A stretch of 64,000 nucleotides of DNA from Isurus oxyrinchus (lineage: Eukaryota): assembly GCA_026770705.1 (NCBI GenBank), contig JANJGN010000159.1:992001-1056000 (forward strand). The letters run 5' to 3'. Positions within the stretch are counted from its first letter, which is position 1. Each line of letters begins with the position of its first letter. This document shows, one piece after another, positions 12,420 to 26,355 of the stretch. The translations under genes and the position numbers were made by a program. A model generated the notes under the pieces. The model saw nothing but the letters and a program-made list of their open reading frames with translations, was not told where the DNA came from and ran no database searches.

Positions 12420-13215
12420 TGGGATGTGGGCATCATTGGCTAGGCCAGCATTTATTGCCCATACCTAATTGTCCTTGAGAAGGTGGTGGTGAGTCACCTT
12501 CTTGAACCGCTGCAGTTCCACGTGGGGTAGGTACACCCATAGTGCTGTTAGGGAGGGAGTTCCAGGATTTTGACCCAGCGACAGTGAAGGAACGACAATA
12601 TATTTCCAAATCAGGATGGTGAGTGACTTGAAGGGGATATTCCAGGTGGAGGTGTTCCCATGTGTCTGTTGCCCTTGTCCTTCTAGATGGTAGCGGTCAT
12701 AGGTTTGGAAGGTGCTGTTTAAGGAGCTTTGGTGAACTCCTGCAGTGCATCTTATAGATGGTACACACTGCTGCCACTGTTTGTTGTTGGTGGAGGGAGT
12801 GAATGTTTGTGGATGGGGTGCCAATCAAGCAGGCTGCTTTGTCCTGGATGGTGTTAAGCTTCTTGAGTGTTGCTGGAGCTGCACTCATCCAGGCAATTGG
12901 GGACTATCCCATCACACTCCTGACTTGTGCCTTATATATGGTGGACAGGCTCTGGGGACTTAGGAGGTGAATTACTTGCTGCAGAATTCCCACCGCTGAC
13001 CTGTTCTCATAGCCACGGTATTCATATGGTTAGTCCAGTTAAGTTTCTGGTCAATGGTAACCCCAGGATGTTAATGATTGGGGATTTGTTGATGGTAATG
13101 CTGTTGAGATGGTTAGATTATCTCTCGTTGGAGATGGTCATTGCCTGTCACTTGTGTTGCATGAATGCTACTTGCCACTTATTTGGCCAAGTCTGAATGT
13201 TGTCCAGGTCTTGCT
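12420..13215 (-). mobile_element. CR1/L2-group LINE family B, 3' fragment
   Basis: MSAAPATLKKLNTIQDKAACLIGTPSTNIHSLHQQQTVAAVCTIYKMHC. Tail gggcaataaatgctggcc...gcccacatccc. Confidence 0.85.
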
Positions 13216-14011
13216 GCAGTGTCCAGGCCTTATACAATGCTTGTAAGTGTCATTTACAAAATTCTTAATTCATGTATGAACACACCACCATTTCAATATA
13301 TACATATTCATTCACATTGGCTCTCATTATGCAATGGCAGATCTTTTATTTATTTGGTTCCTGACACAAAATAGCTTTAACTGGTAAAAATGAATGCATT
13401 TCTATGCACAATGAGGTAGCAATAATATTACTGGCCAGTGATAACCCATACTTTGTCTCCATGTATGCCTCCTGCTTCCTAAAAAAGCCACCTCAGCAGG
13501 TTTGCCTTCTGGCTCTTATCTTTACTTCCTCTGCTCTTGGTTGCGAAGTAAAGGAAGAATCTTCCTTCTCCACCTGCCCTGTTCCTCGGCCTCTTACATT
13601 TCTTGCACTTGCGGCAATAATGATTCTGGCAGGGCTGTATTGTAAGGAATTTCTTAATCTCTTTAGGCCTTTGCATTGCTGTTTCAAGCTGCCTGTTTGT
13701 GTGTTTGGTAATGATCCTGTGGCTGCTTACATCTCATTCTATCTGTGCTTCCAAGCTGTCATGATATAAGACTGAGCCAAAAAGCTTCAGTCTCCTAGAC
13801 ACCTTTGTTGTATTCTACTTTCTCAAGGGCAGTTAGGCATGGCAATAAATTCTGGCCTAGCCAGCGACACCCACATCCCATGAAAGAATATAAAAGAAAT
13901 CCAATAATCCTGACACCATTGGTTGCCTTAAAACGGAGGTCATGTGACTGCTATCTATTTTGATAGTTGCAGATGACTTACACATTTCAGTTACTGAAAG
14001 CCACGGATGCA

Positions 14012-14415
14012 AGTGTCATTTGTGGCTCAGTGGTTAGCCCCCTCGCCTCTGAATCAACAGGTTGAGGGTTTTCAGTCCCACTCCAGACACTGAGTGCAAA
14101 ACCTCTTGGTTGGCCTCCAATTGTGAAGTGTTAAGGGTTGGGATGTTAAACTTGGGCCCTGTTTGTTTTCTTAGTTGGTAGTAAAGGATCCCATGGGACT
14201 AATTCAAAGAAGTGGAGGGGAGTTGTCCCCGGTGTCCTGGTCAACATTTATCCCCTAATCAACATCACAAAAAGAACTGATGATCTGGTCATCACATTGC
14301 TGTTTGTGGGAGTTTGTTGTGTGTGCAGATTGGCTGCTGCATTTCCAGCCTTATGATAGTGACTACACTTCAACTGTAATTTGTTGGCTGTAACGTGTTT
14401 TTGGACGTCCTGAGG
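14012..14415 (+). mobile_element. Deu-domain SINE (SacSINE1/AmnSINE1-like)
   Basis: tRNA-like head tggctcagtgg, Deu-like core gatcccatgg...ccccggtgtcctgg..aacatttatccc...acattgctgtttgtgggag...gactacacttcaa. Confidence 0.8.
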
Positions 14416-14807
14416 TGGATGTCACTAACCTCTCCAGTGGCAATTTGGAATGAGTTGCACCAGTAAAATCTCAAGCCTGACAGTACTGGAGTTCAAAATG
14501 CAGGAGGTACCATAATAGTATCTTTGACACTTTAGCGATAACTTGCAAAGGTGGTTTCCCTCAACTTTCCTAGTCAAGAATCACAGGAAATTTCACATCC
14601 TAATGATCACAATATATTAACAATACCTCTTCATGAACTGATGCTCCCACAGCATAATAATTCTCCAAGCTTTTTGTTTGAAGGACCCCATTTCAAATGA
14701 TCACTAATCACATGCGGTTCACCTAAATTATAATACTATATAATACTCATAATATGAGAGTGCTGCATGTGAGGAGCGTTTAATAATGCTTTACAGATTG
14801 ACATACA

Positions 14808-15095
14808 TACCCGCTTCATTGGCACCCAATCCACCACCTTAAACACTCACTCCCTCCACCACTGACACACAGTGGCAGCTGTGTGTACCGTCTACAAGAT
14901 GCACTGCAGCAACTCACCAAGGCTCCCTCGACAGCACTTCCCAAACCTGCGACCTTGACCACCTAGAAGGGCAAGAGCAGCAGATTCATGGGAACACCAC
15001 CACCTGCAAGTTCCACTCCAAGCCACTCACCATCCTGACTTGGAAATATATCGCCGTTCCTTCATCATTGCTGGGTCAAAATCCTGGAACTCCCT
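14808..15095 (+). mobile_element. LINE family B fragment
   Basis: Reverse complement of about 12555-12830. Confidence 0.85.
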
Positions 15096-16414
15096 TTGGT
15101 GTTTCTGCTTCTCAATGCAGATTCTGTCTATCCTTATACTGTGCCCTGGGTGAGACAGTCAACCCTCTCTGCACTGTACCTATGTGGCGGGCAAGCTCCA
15201 TTCCCCCCTCCCCAATGCGCTTCATGTTATTTTGTGGACCTCTGGAAAGTGTTGATGTATCTCCAGGGGTTGGTGCTCCAGCTGTTTACTACAGAACTCC
15301 CAAACTAATCGCACTGCCCTGCATCCTACCCATTTCCTTGCATGTTCCTTCGCTTCATATATTTATTCATCTTGCTCTTAAAGGGTGGAATTGCCTTTAA
15401 ATCAACCACTCCCCTCAACCCTCTAGCTAAATTCTCCTAGGCTCTCTCCTTGTTCTTTTAGTCATCACTAAATTCCCTAGCCAGATGAAATCATCTTTCC
15501 CTATTCATTTTATTGAAACAATTTGGAAAAAGTTCCACTAAATCTGTCCTTTGCTGCCTCTGATCAGTGCAAACTGTATGGAGTTTGATCCCCATTCTGG
15601 CTGGGGTGCATGCAGGACCTGTCCCCTTGTTCTACCTGTGGTGGAGATCGTGGTGCTGGAGGTCAGACCTGCCTTCAGGCAGAAAGGCCTCTATGAACAA
15701 CTGAAGAAAACAGCACAAAAACCAAGAGGCACAGAGAAATAGGCAGTGGAACTGCCCTTAGGCAGATCACCACTACCACCATTAAACAGTTCAAATAAGT
15801 GAGTTAAGGTTTTCCTATTAAAACATCAGAGAGGAATAGAAGTGTTAAATGTTCATAATATGGCATCACTAATGGTAATGACTCGACACACAAATGATGA
15901 GTTAACAATGCGTATGGCTATTGCTGCTATCTTAATGACATAACAACAACAGCTGTTCCTTGTGTTGCCGCTGCACTAGTTATTTCACATTGATTTTTCT
16001 CTTCACTCTGGTGTTATTAGAAATGACTAAGAACCAACGAGATCAATACTAACATTTTATTTTGCATTAGCAGCCCTGAGGTGAGCTTTCAAATCTATTC
16101 CAGAGTAAGTTTTGCTATCCATTTCTGATTGTAAAAGTCAAGCAGTTGTAAAAATTTGTGATTAACTTTTACACCCAATTCTTGCTGATAGTAAATTCTT
16201 GGACTGGCACAGAAAATTGGGAATGGAGCCAATTTATTTTATTTGACAGCACTTCACTTGCGGTGTAGTTACAAAGCCAAACTGACTCTGCAAGGTGCAT
16301 ATGTAGAAAATGATAGAGATAGATAGATGTACCATGGCACAAATGTTAAAGTGCCAGCTGAAATCAGCATAGTTGATAGTTTTAAAAATTGGTCAGGAGC
16401 GGGTGGGTGGTTGT

Positions 16415-16760
16415 GGTTGTGGTATAGTATTATCACTGGACTAGTACTCCAGATATCCAGGGGACCCAGGTTCAAATCCCACCTCGGCCAATGGTGAAAT
16501 TTGAATTCAAAACAAATTCTGGAAGTAAAAAGTCTGATGATGATCATGAAACCATTATCATAAAAACCCATCTGGTTTACTAGTGTCCTTTAGGGAAGGA
16601 AATCTGCTGTCCTTACCTGGTCTGGCCTTCATTTGACTCCAGACCCACAGCAATGTGGTTGACTCTGAAATGGCCTAGTAAGCCATTCAGTTCTCAAGGG
16701 CAGTTAGGGATGGGCAATAAATGCTGGCCCAGCCAGCGATGCCCTCATCCCATGAATAAC
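16415..16760 (+). mobile_element. tRNA-derived SINE (same family)
   Basis: A/B boxes (ggttcaaatccc), conserved body and tail. Confidence 0.9.
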
Positions 16761-17802
16761 TTTTAAAAATTGCTATTGTAGAGGATGGCACCACCATCTT
16801 GAAAGCAGTTGGAAAACGTTAAACATCAGAGTATACAAGCACTCAGTTGTAACAATGCAAGGTCAGGTCTTTATTGAGACACCATAGCTTACAATCCAAT
16901 ATTTTTGCTCAGGTACATCGCACTTCATAATTGCAGTATAGGTACAGCATACAAAATCTAGCTCACACTCTTCTATCTCTGACCTCTACAATTAATGCCT
17001 GCTACCACTCAAACACAGTACATCAAAGATACATACAACTGACATCAGAACATGGAGCCAGCAAACATACACTTAACTCTTCTCAGACCTTCCTAGTCAT
17101 TCTGCCACCATGGTTAGATTGCCGTCATAAATTTGACTAAGCATCTATTATTATAAATATAAATGACCAGATTAACATCTTTCAGAACATGAGAGACACG
17201 GATAAGTGAACTTTGCACATTCCATCAGTCCCTTACGTCTTGCCTGCTTCGAGAATACTTCCCAAGCCCAGCAGAAAGAATACCGGGTTTCCTCCTTTAC
17301 TCAAAATGCTACAAGGATAGTCTTGACTAAACAAGGTTTCGTTCTTTAGCTGACTAATTAAGCTACAGTATTTACATTGAAAGCCTCATTCTAAAATGGA
17401 AGCTTTATTCTGAAATGAAAGTTTGCAAAAACACTTTGTTTATATGGGGCTCTCACCTCTAAATCATCCTTTAACATGTGACTCATTCACCACCACAACA
17501 CATCTGATATTTTGTCTTCCTGCAAGCATCTTATGTTCTTCCATCTCTCTTGTCTTTCATTTAAACTTCTTCTCTTTACCCTGCCCCAAGCCACATGACA
17601 TCTCTCTGAGAAGCCCTTCTTTCCCCTTCCCCTCACTCCCAGTTCTAAGAAGTTGTTCATCCTCTGTGATTCACATCTTTAGCTCAACGTCACCCTCCAG
17701 TCTTCCCTCAGTCTCACCTTTGATATAAACTCCTCTACTGTTATTCTTGGCCACGCCATTGATTTTGGACTTCCCATAGCTGTAGCCTTGATCACTGACA
17801 AG

Positions 17803-18775
17803 TGTCATGACAATATTATAAATTGTGAAAATGGTATTTTAAAGGTTATATTTTTAAAAATGGACTGTAAGTCAAAATGGACTCATGTGGATTTCAACTA
17901 TTGTCTTTTAACTCATGAGGAAACATAAGGATGCATTCCCAGGCATGAAAGACATTTAGAATTCAATGAGTGCTCAGCAAATGTAAATAGACGCCATTGA
18001 CTTTGATGGTTTCCCTAAATAAACAAAGACATTGACTGATGAGAAACTTTAAGGCATGAAAAGCTAGCACAGTAGGTGGGAGGAGGATTTACTGTGATTA
18101 AAATCAAATAAAATTATTTGGAAGATGACTTGGCATTTGTTACAGGGTCACATGATACAGTGGCCATCTTTACTCCCTGTTAAAAATGTAGCAAACTCCA
18201 TGGTAGAACTTCATCAGCCATCGATCTGCTGCAATCGCTAGGCTAACAGAAGGGCCACACCGCAGCTCCTTGAACAAGAAATAAAGAGCCTCCTCCCTGC
18301 TCCCCCGCCCTGCCCGCCCCACTACCTGGTTCCATTTTCAAGCTTACCTAAGAAAACCAACCTCCTGCAGAATGACTATGGGAGCCATCACAACTGTTGA
18401 GACATCTCTGTAATTTCAAAGCCTTCACTTCAGGCAATGGGACAACTAGACTATGAAATAACAGGCCTGTGTCGAAACAGACTTGAGATTCATTCCATTT
18501 TTATAAGGATTGTTTTTATCTTCATCTAATTCTGTGTGTGTGTGTGTGAGAAAGTGAGTGTGAATGGCGGAGTGAGTGAGATTTTTCTTTAGTAGCCTTC
18601 AAGGAAAGGGTGTGGAAAAAAACTAACCCTTTTCCCCTTTTAAATAAACAAGGTTTGCTGCTGGGTCATTTAAAATTGACTCACTCACTCCAAGGGTAAG
18701 GAAACACACACACTCATGCACAAATATAAATGATCATGGACAATAAAAGGTGACACCTTAAAATTGCCCACGACA
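17803..18775 (+). mobile_element. Solo LTR (973 bp), probably Gypsy-type
   Basis: TGTCATG...CACGACA termini. Exact 4-bp TSD CAAG at 17799-17802 and 18776-18779. AATAAA at 18643, (TG)n inside. Confidence 0.75.
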
Positions 18776-19028
18776 CAAGGCTATCTTTGAACACTTGCTC
18801 TTCTCCCTTAGCACCCACATCCACTTACCCACTTCTCAATCTCACAAAGGAACATAATCTCAAAATTAGAGCTGGACCATTCAGGAGTGAGATCAGGTAG
18901 CATGTTTTCATGCAAAGGGTGGTAAAAACCTGGAGCTCTCAATCCCAAAAGGCTGTGTATGCAGCACCAGTTAAAGCTTTCAAGACTGAGATTGTTAAAT
19001 TTTTGTTAGGCAAGGGTACCGAACAAAG

Positions 19029-19320
19029 GAGATCTTGTGACAGAGGGTAACATCCATACCTCTTGGCCAGAAGCTCTGGATTCAAGTCCCACTTCAGGAC
19101 TTGATGGCCACGGAAAGTGTGTTCATAATGTGACCAACAGGTTGATTATCAGCCTGTAAATCCTTCCAATATGCCCGATGGCAGGCGGTAAGAGTAGGAG
19201 AGTTTCCTGGTCAGCAGAAGGCAACAGCAAACGATTGCAGTACTTTACCAAACATAATCACAGACCAATCCAGTGGAAGTCTATGGTTGCCAATGCCCTA
19301 TTCGGGCATGGTACCTGAAT
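19029..19320 (+). mobile_element. tRNA-derived SINE with RTE/Bov-A-like 3' domain, inserted in a CR1 3' end
   Basis: B-box ggattcaagtccc (about 19078). Segment gaaggcaacagcaaacgattgcagtactttacc resembles the RTE-related motif gaaggcaatggcaaaccactccagta. CR1 sequence on both sides. Confidence 0.5.
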
Positions 19321-19724
19321 GTGGGAAATGGAGCAAATGGAGTTGAGGTGCATACGAACATATATGTGAACATACAAACTAGGAGCAGGAATAGGCCACT
19401 CAGCCCTTCAAACATGCTCTGCCATTCAATAAGATCATGGCTGATCTGATTGTAACCTCAACCTCACATTCCTGCCTACCCCCGAGAACATTTCACCCAG
19501 ATCAGCTATGATCTCATTGAATGGGTAGCAGGTTTGATGGACTGAATGGCCTGTCCCTAATGTCTCACCATCCATCCATGATCCTGAATTGTCTATAATC
19601 ATAACTTCTGTTGGCTCTTGACTCATCGTTTCTCTGCAACTGTGGATTTGCTTAACCACTGCCTCAATGTGTTCTTAGGAAGCCCCTTATTTTTCCCCAG
19701 AAAAAAACATTATAATGTTCTACC

Positions 19725-19926
19725 TATCTAGCTCTACCTGTCCCACCCTCCCTTAAACCAGCTTATATTTCACCTCTTTTCTATTTTTCCTTAGTTTTGT
19801 TGAAGAGTCATATGGACTCGAAACGATAACTGTATTCCTCTCCGCAGATGCTGTCAGACCTGCTGAGTTTTTCCAGGTATTTTTATTTTTGTTTTGGATT
19901 TCCAGCACCTGCAGTTTTTTGCTTTT
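19725..19926 (+). mobile_element. Penelope pLTR fragment
   Basis: Closely matches 33755-33987. Imperfect flanking duplication attataat..acc. Confidence 0.75.
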
Positions 19927-20257
19927 ATTATAATCTCTCACCCTGGTTGTTCCCCCACTTCATCTTTTGAACCCAAGCAGCACAAATTTAAACATACCTG
20001 GTGACCGACAGCTCTTGCCATCCATCAGCTATAGCACAGCAATGCCAGACCGCAGCCAAAGCCATCCATTATTCCAGGATCTTCCCCAAAACCGAGGGAT
20101 GGGCAATAAATGCTGGTGTAGCCAGCGACACCTGAATCCCATGAACGAATAATAAAAAAGAAAGCAAGGGTAACCTCGCAGACTTCTTTATTCTATGACT
20201 TGCCCCTTCTCTCAGCATTCACAGAATGCAATGATGTAGGCAGATCTTGGAAAACTA

Positions 20258-20357
20258 AAATGAAAACAGAAAATGCTGGAAATACTCAGCAGGCCTGGCA
20301 GCTTCTGTATAGAGACAAACAGAATTAACATTGCAAGTCGATGACCTTTCATCAGGA
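20258..20357 (-). mobile_element. Penelope pLTR fragment
   Basis: Reverse complement reads cctgatgaaaggtcatcgacttgcaatgttaattct...cctgctgagtatttccagcattttctg. Confidence 0.7.
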
Positions 20358-20369
20358 TGCAATGCAAAA

Positions 20370-20765
20370 AAAAAAGTTGCATTTATATAGTACCTTTCAC
20401 AACCACAGGATATCCCGAAGACTGTCACAGCCAATGAAGTACATTTGAAGCATAGTACTGGTGTAATGTAGGAAATGCAGTGGCCAGTCAGAGCACAGCA
20501 AGCTCCCACAGGCAACAATGTGATATGACTTTTTTTTGTGATGTTAATTGAGGAGAACATCCCCTGTTCCTCTTTGAAATGGTGCCATAGGATCTTTTGT
20601 GTCCAGTTTAATGTTTCATGCGAAAGATGGCGTCTCTGACAGTGCAGCACTCCCTCAGTACTGCACTGGAACGTCAGCCTTGGTTTTTGTGCTCTCTGGA
20701 ATGCAATTCTGAACCCACAACCTCCTCCTGACTCAGAGGGTAATGCTCTGAACCATGGCTGACAT
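20370..20765 (-). mobile_element. Deu-domain SINE
   Basis: Tail, core and head in reverse orientation. Confidence 0.8.
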
Positions 20766-21104
20766 GGCAGATTTAATCCTCCCCCCTACCCCTACCAATC
20801 AGAATGCCTGCTTCCACATAGTTTCTATTCAAAATCCCATCTCCACTGCAGCCCAGGTTTATAAAGGGCACATCTTAAATTCACCGATTCTTACATCTAG
20901 TAAACAAAGAATTGAGTTGTCTTGAAAATAACATTCTTAATTGTGTTTCCACCAAATTGTTTGTACTTTTGGGAAGCATTTCTCAAATCCGTTCTTAAAC
21001 TGCGTCACTAGTCCTAGCCGTGATTGGCTCAGGTCTTCACAAAAGTTGACAGCACTGAATAGAACCATAGTATTAGAATATAGGCTTTAACCGAGTCTTT
21101 TCTT

Positions 21105-21565
21105 TTTATTTCACGGGTTGTGGGCATCGCTGGCAAGGCCAGCATTTTTATTTCTCATCCCTAATTTGCCTTTGAAAAGGTGGTGGTGAGCCACCTTCTT
21201 GAACATCTGCCATCCATGTGGTATATGTACCCCCCTCCCCCAAACCCCCACCGCCCCACCCTGTGCTGTTAGGGAAGGAGTTCCAGGATTTTGACCCAGC
21301 CACAGTGAAGGAATGGCAATATAGTTCAAAGTCCGGATGATGATTGCAAGGTAACTTCCAGTTGATGATGTTCCCATGTGTCTGCTGCCCTTGTCCTTCT
21401 AGGTGGTAGAGGTTGCAGGTTTGGAAGGTGCTGTTGAAGGAGCCTTGGTGAGTTGCTGCAGTGCATCGTGTAGATGGTACATACTGCTGCTACTGTGCAT
21501 CGGCGGTGGAACAAGTGAATGTTTAAGGTGGTGGATGGGGTGCCAGTCAAGCGGGGTGCTTTCTC
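21105..21565 (-). mobile_element. LINE family B 3' fragment
   Basis: HRRCTVAAVCTIYTMHCSNSPRLL, with the shared tail. Confidence 0.85.
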
Positions 21566-22043
21566 CCCCAGTGATTGCCTGTTCAGTGATTGATCAGGTC
21601 TGTAAGTGCTATAATGTACTCAAGGATGAATAAATAGATGGTGGCTATGCCATACTTTAAACAGAAGTAATTGTTTTATTGGTATAATCAGGGGCTAAAG
21701 TAGTCAGTAATGTTGTTGCATTACGTTCCTCAAAACAAAGTCTCTGCCAAATTGTTGCTCAAATAGATGGGTTTAACATTTGATTAGTTCCGTACAATGT
21801 TTCAGTTCAGGGAGCTGGTTTTATCACCCACTCGTGAGGTAGCCCGTTGTCAGAAATGAACTAGTGCTTTTAGTTCTAGGCAATTGCAGGCCATGGGTAC
21901 TATGGGGGTCACAAAGCAGAACAGTGATTGCTGGCAAAATTGACATGAAAGCTCTTAAGTGCAAGAAATGTAATGAGGTAAAACAGTGAATTCAGCAACT
22001 GCATAACAGGTTGATCAGCATCAGAGAGAGGAAGGTTTGTAAA

Positions 22044-22800
22044 TGAGCCAAATCTTCTTGGAAAAATAATGGGGTGCTAACAGTACTCGTGGTTATTCCT
22101 GCACAAATCGACCAACAATTTTCAGGGAACTGAGAGACGTGCAGTGAGTTGTGAATCTCCAGAAGTTCTGGTCACTTTACACTGCTCTGCCAGTTTCTGC
22201 TCACTTTTTATCCTTGGGCCTCCTTGCCAATTCTAAATGCTTGCTGAATTTAACATTAAACTTGCTGCAGAAAGTTAGGGCTGGTAATTATTGATATAAG
22301 TAACCTTTTAACAACGGTATAATTTTTAATGCAATGCCAATTCATCCATCTGGCCCAGAAAGGGAACAATTTATACTGTTGTGTCTCACTCCTGCAGGTA
22401 GTAAATTGTTGATAGAGATTTAAAAAATTTGTAATTTGAAAATTTTAAGTTTCTTTCTTACTTTTCCTTGCTCTGTTTTTTACTCTCTCACTTAATCCAA
22501 TCTTTCTTTCCCTTTCTTCATTTCTCTTTCTGTATCTAGCGTAACTCTAATTCACCTGATTTTCTTCTCTGCCGATCTAATGTTTCTTTCTCAATCCTTA
22601 AGTCTAATTGGTTAAGGAGCAGACTGAGGTCCAAGATTCTCCATTGCCAAACACTGAGGTCCAAGATCCTCCTTTGCACTCTCCATGCCATTGCACTTTC
22701 AGCAAGTTCACCTGCAAATTATATTGGAGTTAAAAGGCGCAAGAGAGATTCATACAGACAGACACACTGTGAGAATTCCCCACCCCGGACGATTTGGGTT
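22044..22800. mobile_element. Old non-autonomous TIR element
   Basis: Ends gagccaaatcttc and gacgatttgggtt are imperfectly inverted. Internal direct repeat actgaggtccaagat x2 at about 22624-22667. Confidence 0.4.
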
Positions 22801-23306
22801 AAAGTATTTCAGCTGTGAGGTGTCAGCTGAACATGTAGTGGGACATAATGGGAGAAAAATTAGTTTGGAAGACAATTTAATAACAGCCTAAATGAGTTCA
22901 TGAAAACTTCCTCTGGTCAGCACTTCTAACATTTTACTTTCCTGGGGCTTTTACTGTTTTACTGTTGAGAAAGCAGCCAGAAGAAATCTTCATTGTACAT
23001 AGTTATCAGAACAATTTCTGCTTCACCATACAGGCAACTTGGGAACAATAAGTGCATTATGCAACAATCACCCAATTAAGAGTTTAGTAAACTTAGTAAA
23101 ATTTGACAACAATGCTGGCACACCACTCTGCTCGATTGGATTACTGCCTGTAATTATTTGGATGGAAGCTGTTATACCTCTGGCTCATTCCTGGCTGGAA
23201 ATGTAATACCAGCTAAAATGCTGCCTACATGTGCATGAAGCTGCACATCTGTCAGCATGGGGTGTACATTCATCGCTTTTCACAAAGAATAACATGACGT
23301 GTTCAT

Positions 23307-24222
23307 TGTTACTATTCCCGTGGAGAGCAGTAAGGTGAAAAAGCTGAACTTTCTGAATGACCCTGATGGAAACAAAATGATTTCACTTTCTAAAACTTTT
23401 TATGTAACATTTAAATCAAAGCCAACATAAATTAAACACGAATTAAGAGGCAAATTGGATTCAATAGAAGCTATAACTTACACTTAAAATAGCTGATAGA
23501 ACAAAGATAAGTCCCACAGATTTCTTAGGCATCACTCTTGAGAGATATATGGCACCAAGTGCTGTCCCAAAGTCTTTCACAACTCTATCTTCTCCTAATA
23601 GAGTTTAACTACTCTTCAACATGCAGGATCTGATCCTCAAGTAGGCTCAACAACTGCTTTACTCAATCCAAGTTCCATGGATATGATTATCATGAACAAG
23701 ATGCACTTCTGAGGAACCACCTTCACTCAGTTCACGGCAGTCTGATGGCACCATTTTCCCAGAATCATCTGTATCCAACCACACAATGAAATCCTGCTAC
23801 GTGGTAAGGTGGTCTCTGGTAAAAGCCACCCAGTCCCTCAGTGTTGGCTGCTCACACAGCTCTTTTTCCAGGCCTTTCAGCTGGCCTCACACAGATTGAT
23901 TCACAGCCACTGGCTGAATTCTGACGTTGCAGTCTTGTTTATTCTTCCCAATTAGCTTCTGTTTCCCTAGAAACATAACAGAGGCTGATTTCTCAGAAGT
24001 CTGATGTCACAGTCAATTAACCTATCCCAACCCCCAGAAACTGGGAGCTTTTGGTTTCTCTTTCTGTTAAGGACTTTCTCAGGAAACACAGGTCAATGCA
24101 GACTGTAGCTTGCAAAGCTGGATTTCATCAGATAGCACTGACGTGTTTCCCAGTGTGGAGATGTTGTCGTTAGAAGTCACATGTCTAAACTTTGTTCCTC
24201 TTGGGAGCCATTTTGTGTTACA
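23307..24222 (-). mobile_element. Possible old solo LTR
   Basis: TGTTAC...GTTACA termini and LTR-like size, but no matching TSD. Confidence 0.3.
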
Positions 24223-24739
24223 CTTATTTTAATCTATGAGTTGTGAGCAGATAAGTTTTAATTTCTATATTCCAGCTTGAATGTGTTTCCTGCTGAGTTG
24301 TGGATCTTTTCCAAATATAGGCAAAAGCTGTTTATGTTAAGGAAATGACACAAGTAGGCAAACAACCATTGCAAGTAAACGTGCAAGAATTAACAAGGTT
24401 TCTAAAGTGGAATATTGGACCATTTAACAACAACTTGTATTCACATAGCTTCTTTAATATGGTATATGAATCCCAAGGGGCTTCACAGGAGCATTATCAA
24501 ACAAAAATTTGACACTGAGCTGCTTAGAAGATAGGAGGGAGGGAGAGAGAGAGGGAGCAGGGAGGGGGAGAGGGTTCTGAGGCTGGAGGATATTACAGAG
24601 ATTGGGAGTGGTTGGGGGTGCCAGGCATGGAGAGATTTGAAAAACAGATGATAATTTTTAAATCAAGGCGTTTCTGGACTGGAGGCCAATGTAGGTCAAC
24701 AAGTTCATGGGTGATGGGTGAATCGGACTTGATTTTATT

Positions 24740-25105
24740 TATCCTTTCCTATGCTGTGGGCATCACTGGCAATGTCAGCATTTGTTCCCCATCCCTAATT
24801 GCCCTTGAGCTGAGTGGTTTGCCTGGCTATTTCAGAGGGCAGTTAAGCATTAACCACATTGCTGTGGATCTGGAGTCACACATAGGCCAGACCGGGTAAG
24901 ATTTCCTTCCCTAATAGGGAACCAGATGGGTTTTTACAACAATCAATGATAGTTTCATGGTCACCATCACTGAGATTAGCTTTATATTCCAGAGTTATTA
25001 ATTGAATTTAAATTTCACCAGCTGCTGTGATGGGAATTGAACCCATGTCCCAAAGCATTAACCTGGGCTTCTGGACTACTCACCCAGTGACATTACCGCT
25101 ATGTC
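24740..25105 (-). mobile_element. tRNA-derived SINE (same family)
   Basis: Reverse-complement match to the other copies. Confidence 0.85.
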
Positions 25106-25637
25106 AACATATCCTATGTTCAGTCACCTGCAACAACCCCCATGCAATGTGGCCTTGCATTGAATCTGAAACCAGCCCTTACAAAAATGTAATCAATCCT
25201 GTGTAAGATTTGTGATAGCTCTGCTACTTACTTAGTTGTGAATTTCAGATAAGATGGACATCAAACCTGTCACTTGGAGTGAAACGCAGCAACAATTTGA
25301 TCCTTTCCCCAGCCCCCCAACTTGTCCTCCAAGCAGCTCAAGGAGTGGTGGGTCTAAACCAGGCCACTCTCCATCAGCAATGACTGAACTCTCCAGCTAA
25401 AGGCCACTAACTGGGACTGTCCCTCCAAAGGGATTCCATAATGAACAACATCTCCAGCAATTGTGGCTGCCAAAGTTAGATACAATGCTGAACAGTCAAG
25501 GAAATGCCCAGAAGATAGTAGAATCCTCAAACAGTTACAGTGCCTGCATTGCAAAATAAAGGTGGCTTGGCAACCACAAAATATCCCTGATTTTTCATAA
25601 TCTTGCTCTGATTTCCTTATTACGTTCATGAATCAGT

Positions 25638-26355
25638 GGCCCTGACTTTGAGGTGATAATGACGATGAAAGTGTCAGTGTTCATTGTCATTATTCATCTG
25701 AAGCTGACAGCAACCTCTGGAGTCCACACGGGTAGTTAAATGGGGAAATTGGAAAGTTGCTATCAGTGACTCCAAGCTTACTCTGAAGGTACTTTGTTGG
25801 GATCTCTGCAGACGACAACCAATTAGAAATTGCCCCACTGACAAAAACCTCCCCTTTTACACTGTTAAAACCCCCTCAAAAAGCTGCACCTTGTTCATGA
25901 GGTTTTTAGCAGCATACTAAGTCATAACTGCTGCTGAACAACCTATCTCACTCTGGAAAACTAATTTTATATTTATAACATCAAATTTTTACATAGAATT
26001 ACCAAGTTTTTGAATTTTTTTTAAAAAAAAGGTTTGTTCATGATATTACAGCTTCTAATGTGAAGTCCCAATCTTTATTATACGCTCTGTAAAATTTAAT
26101 TGGAAGTGAAGGATCATCAGTGCATCTTATTTCCTGGTTTGTTGTCTGTGAGAATACTTTAGTGTGATTGGCTGCTTACCTGACTTGATGACATCATTAT
26201 TACTGGTGATCCTCTTGACTTTGGCGCCAGACTCAAATTAACATTGGGAAAGGGGAAATCCATGCCACAGAGAATTCTAAACCTTTGTGGACAGCTTTCT
26301 TTCTATGGCCTATGGTGAGTACAGTCACTTCCCCGCTGACCCCAAAATCCAGGCC
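25638..26355. mobile_element. Old non-autonomous TIR element
   Basis: Ends ggccctgactttg and caaaatccaggcc are imperfectly inverted. TSD not conserved. Confidence 0.5.

Noticed and set aside
13404-13790. Overlapping ORFs in unique sequence, with a short QPCQN similarity to about 63515-63535
   Set aside because: No convincing splice sites or domain. A 15/16-nt match is expected by chance in 64 kb.
16848-17376. Possible minus-strand solo LTR starting TGTAAC
   Set aside because: No right end with a matching TSD could be found.
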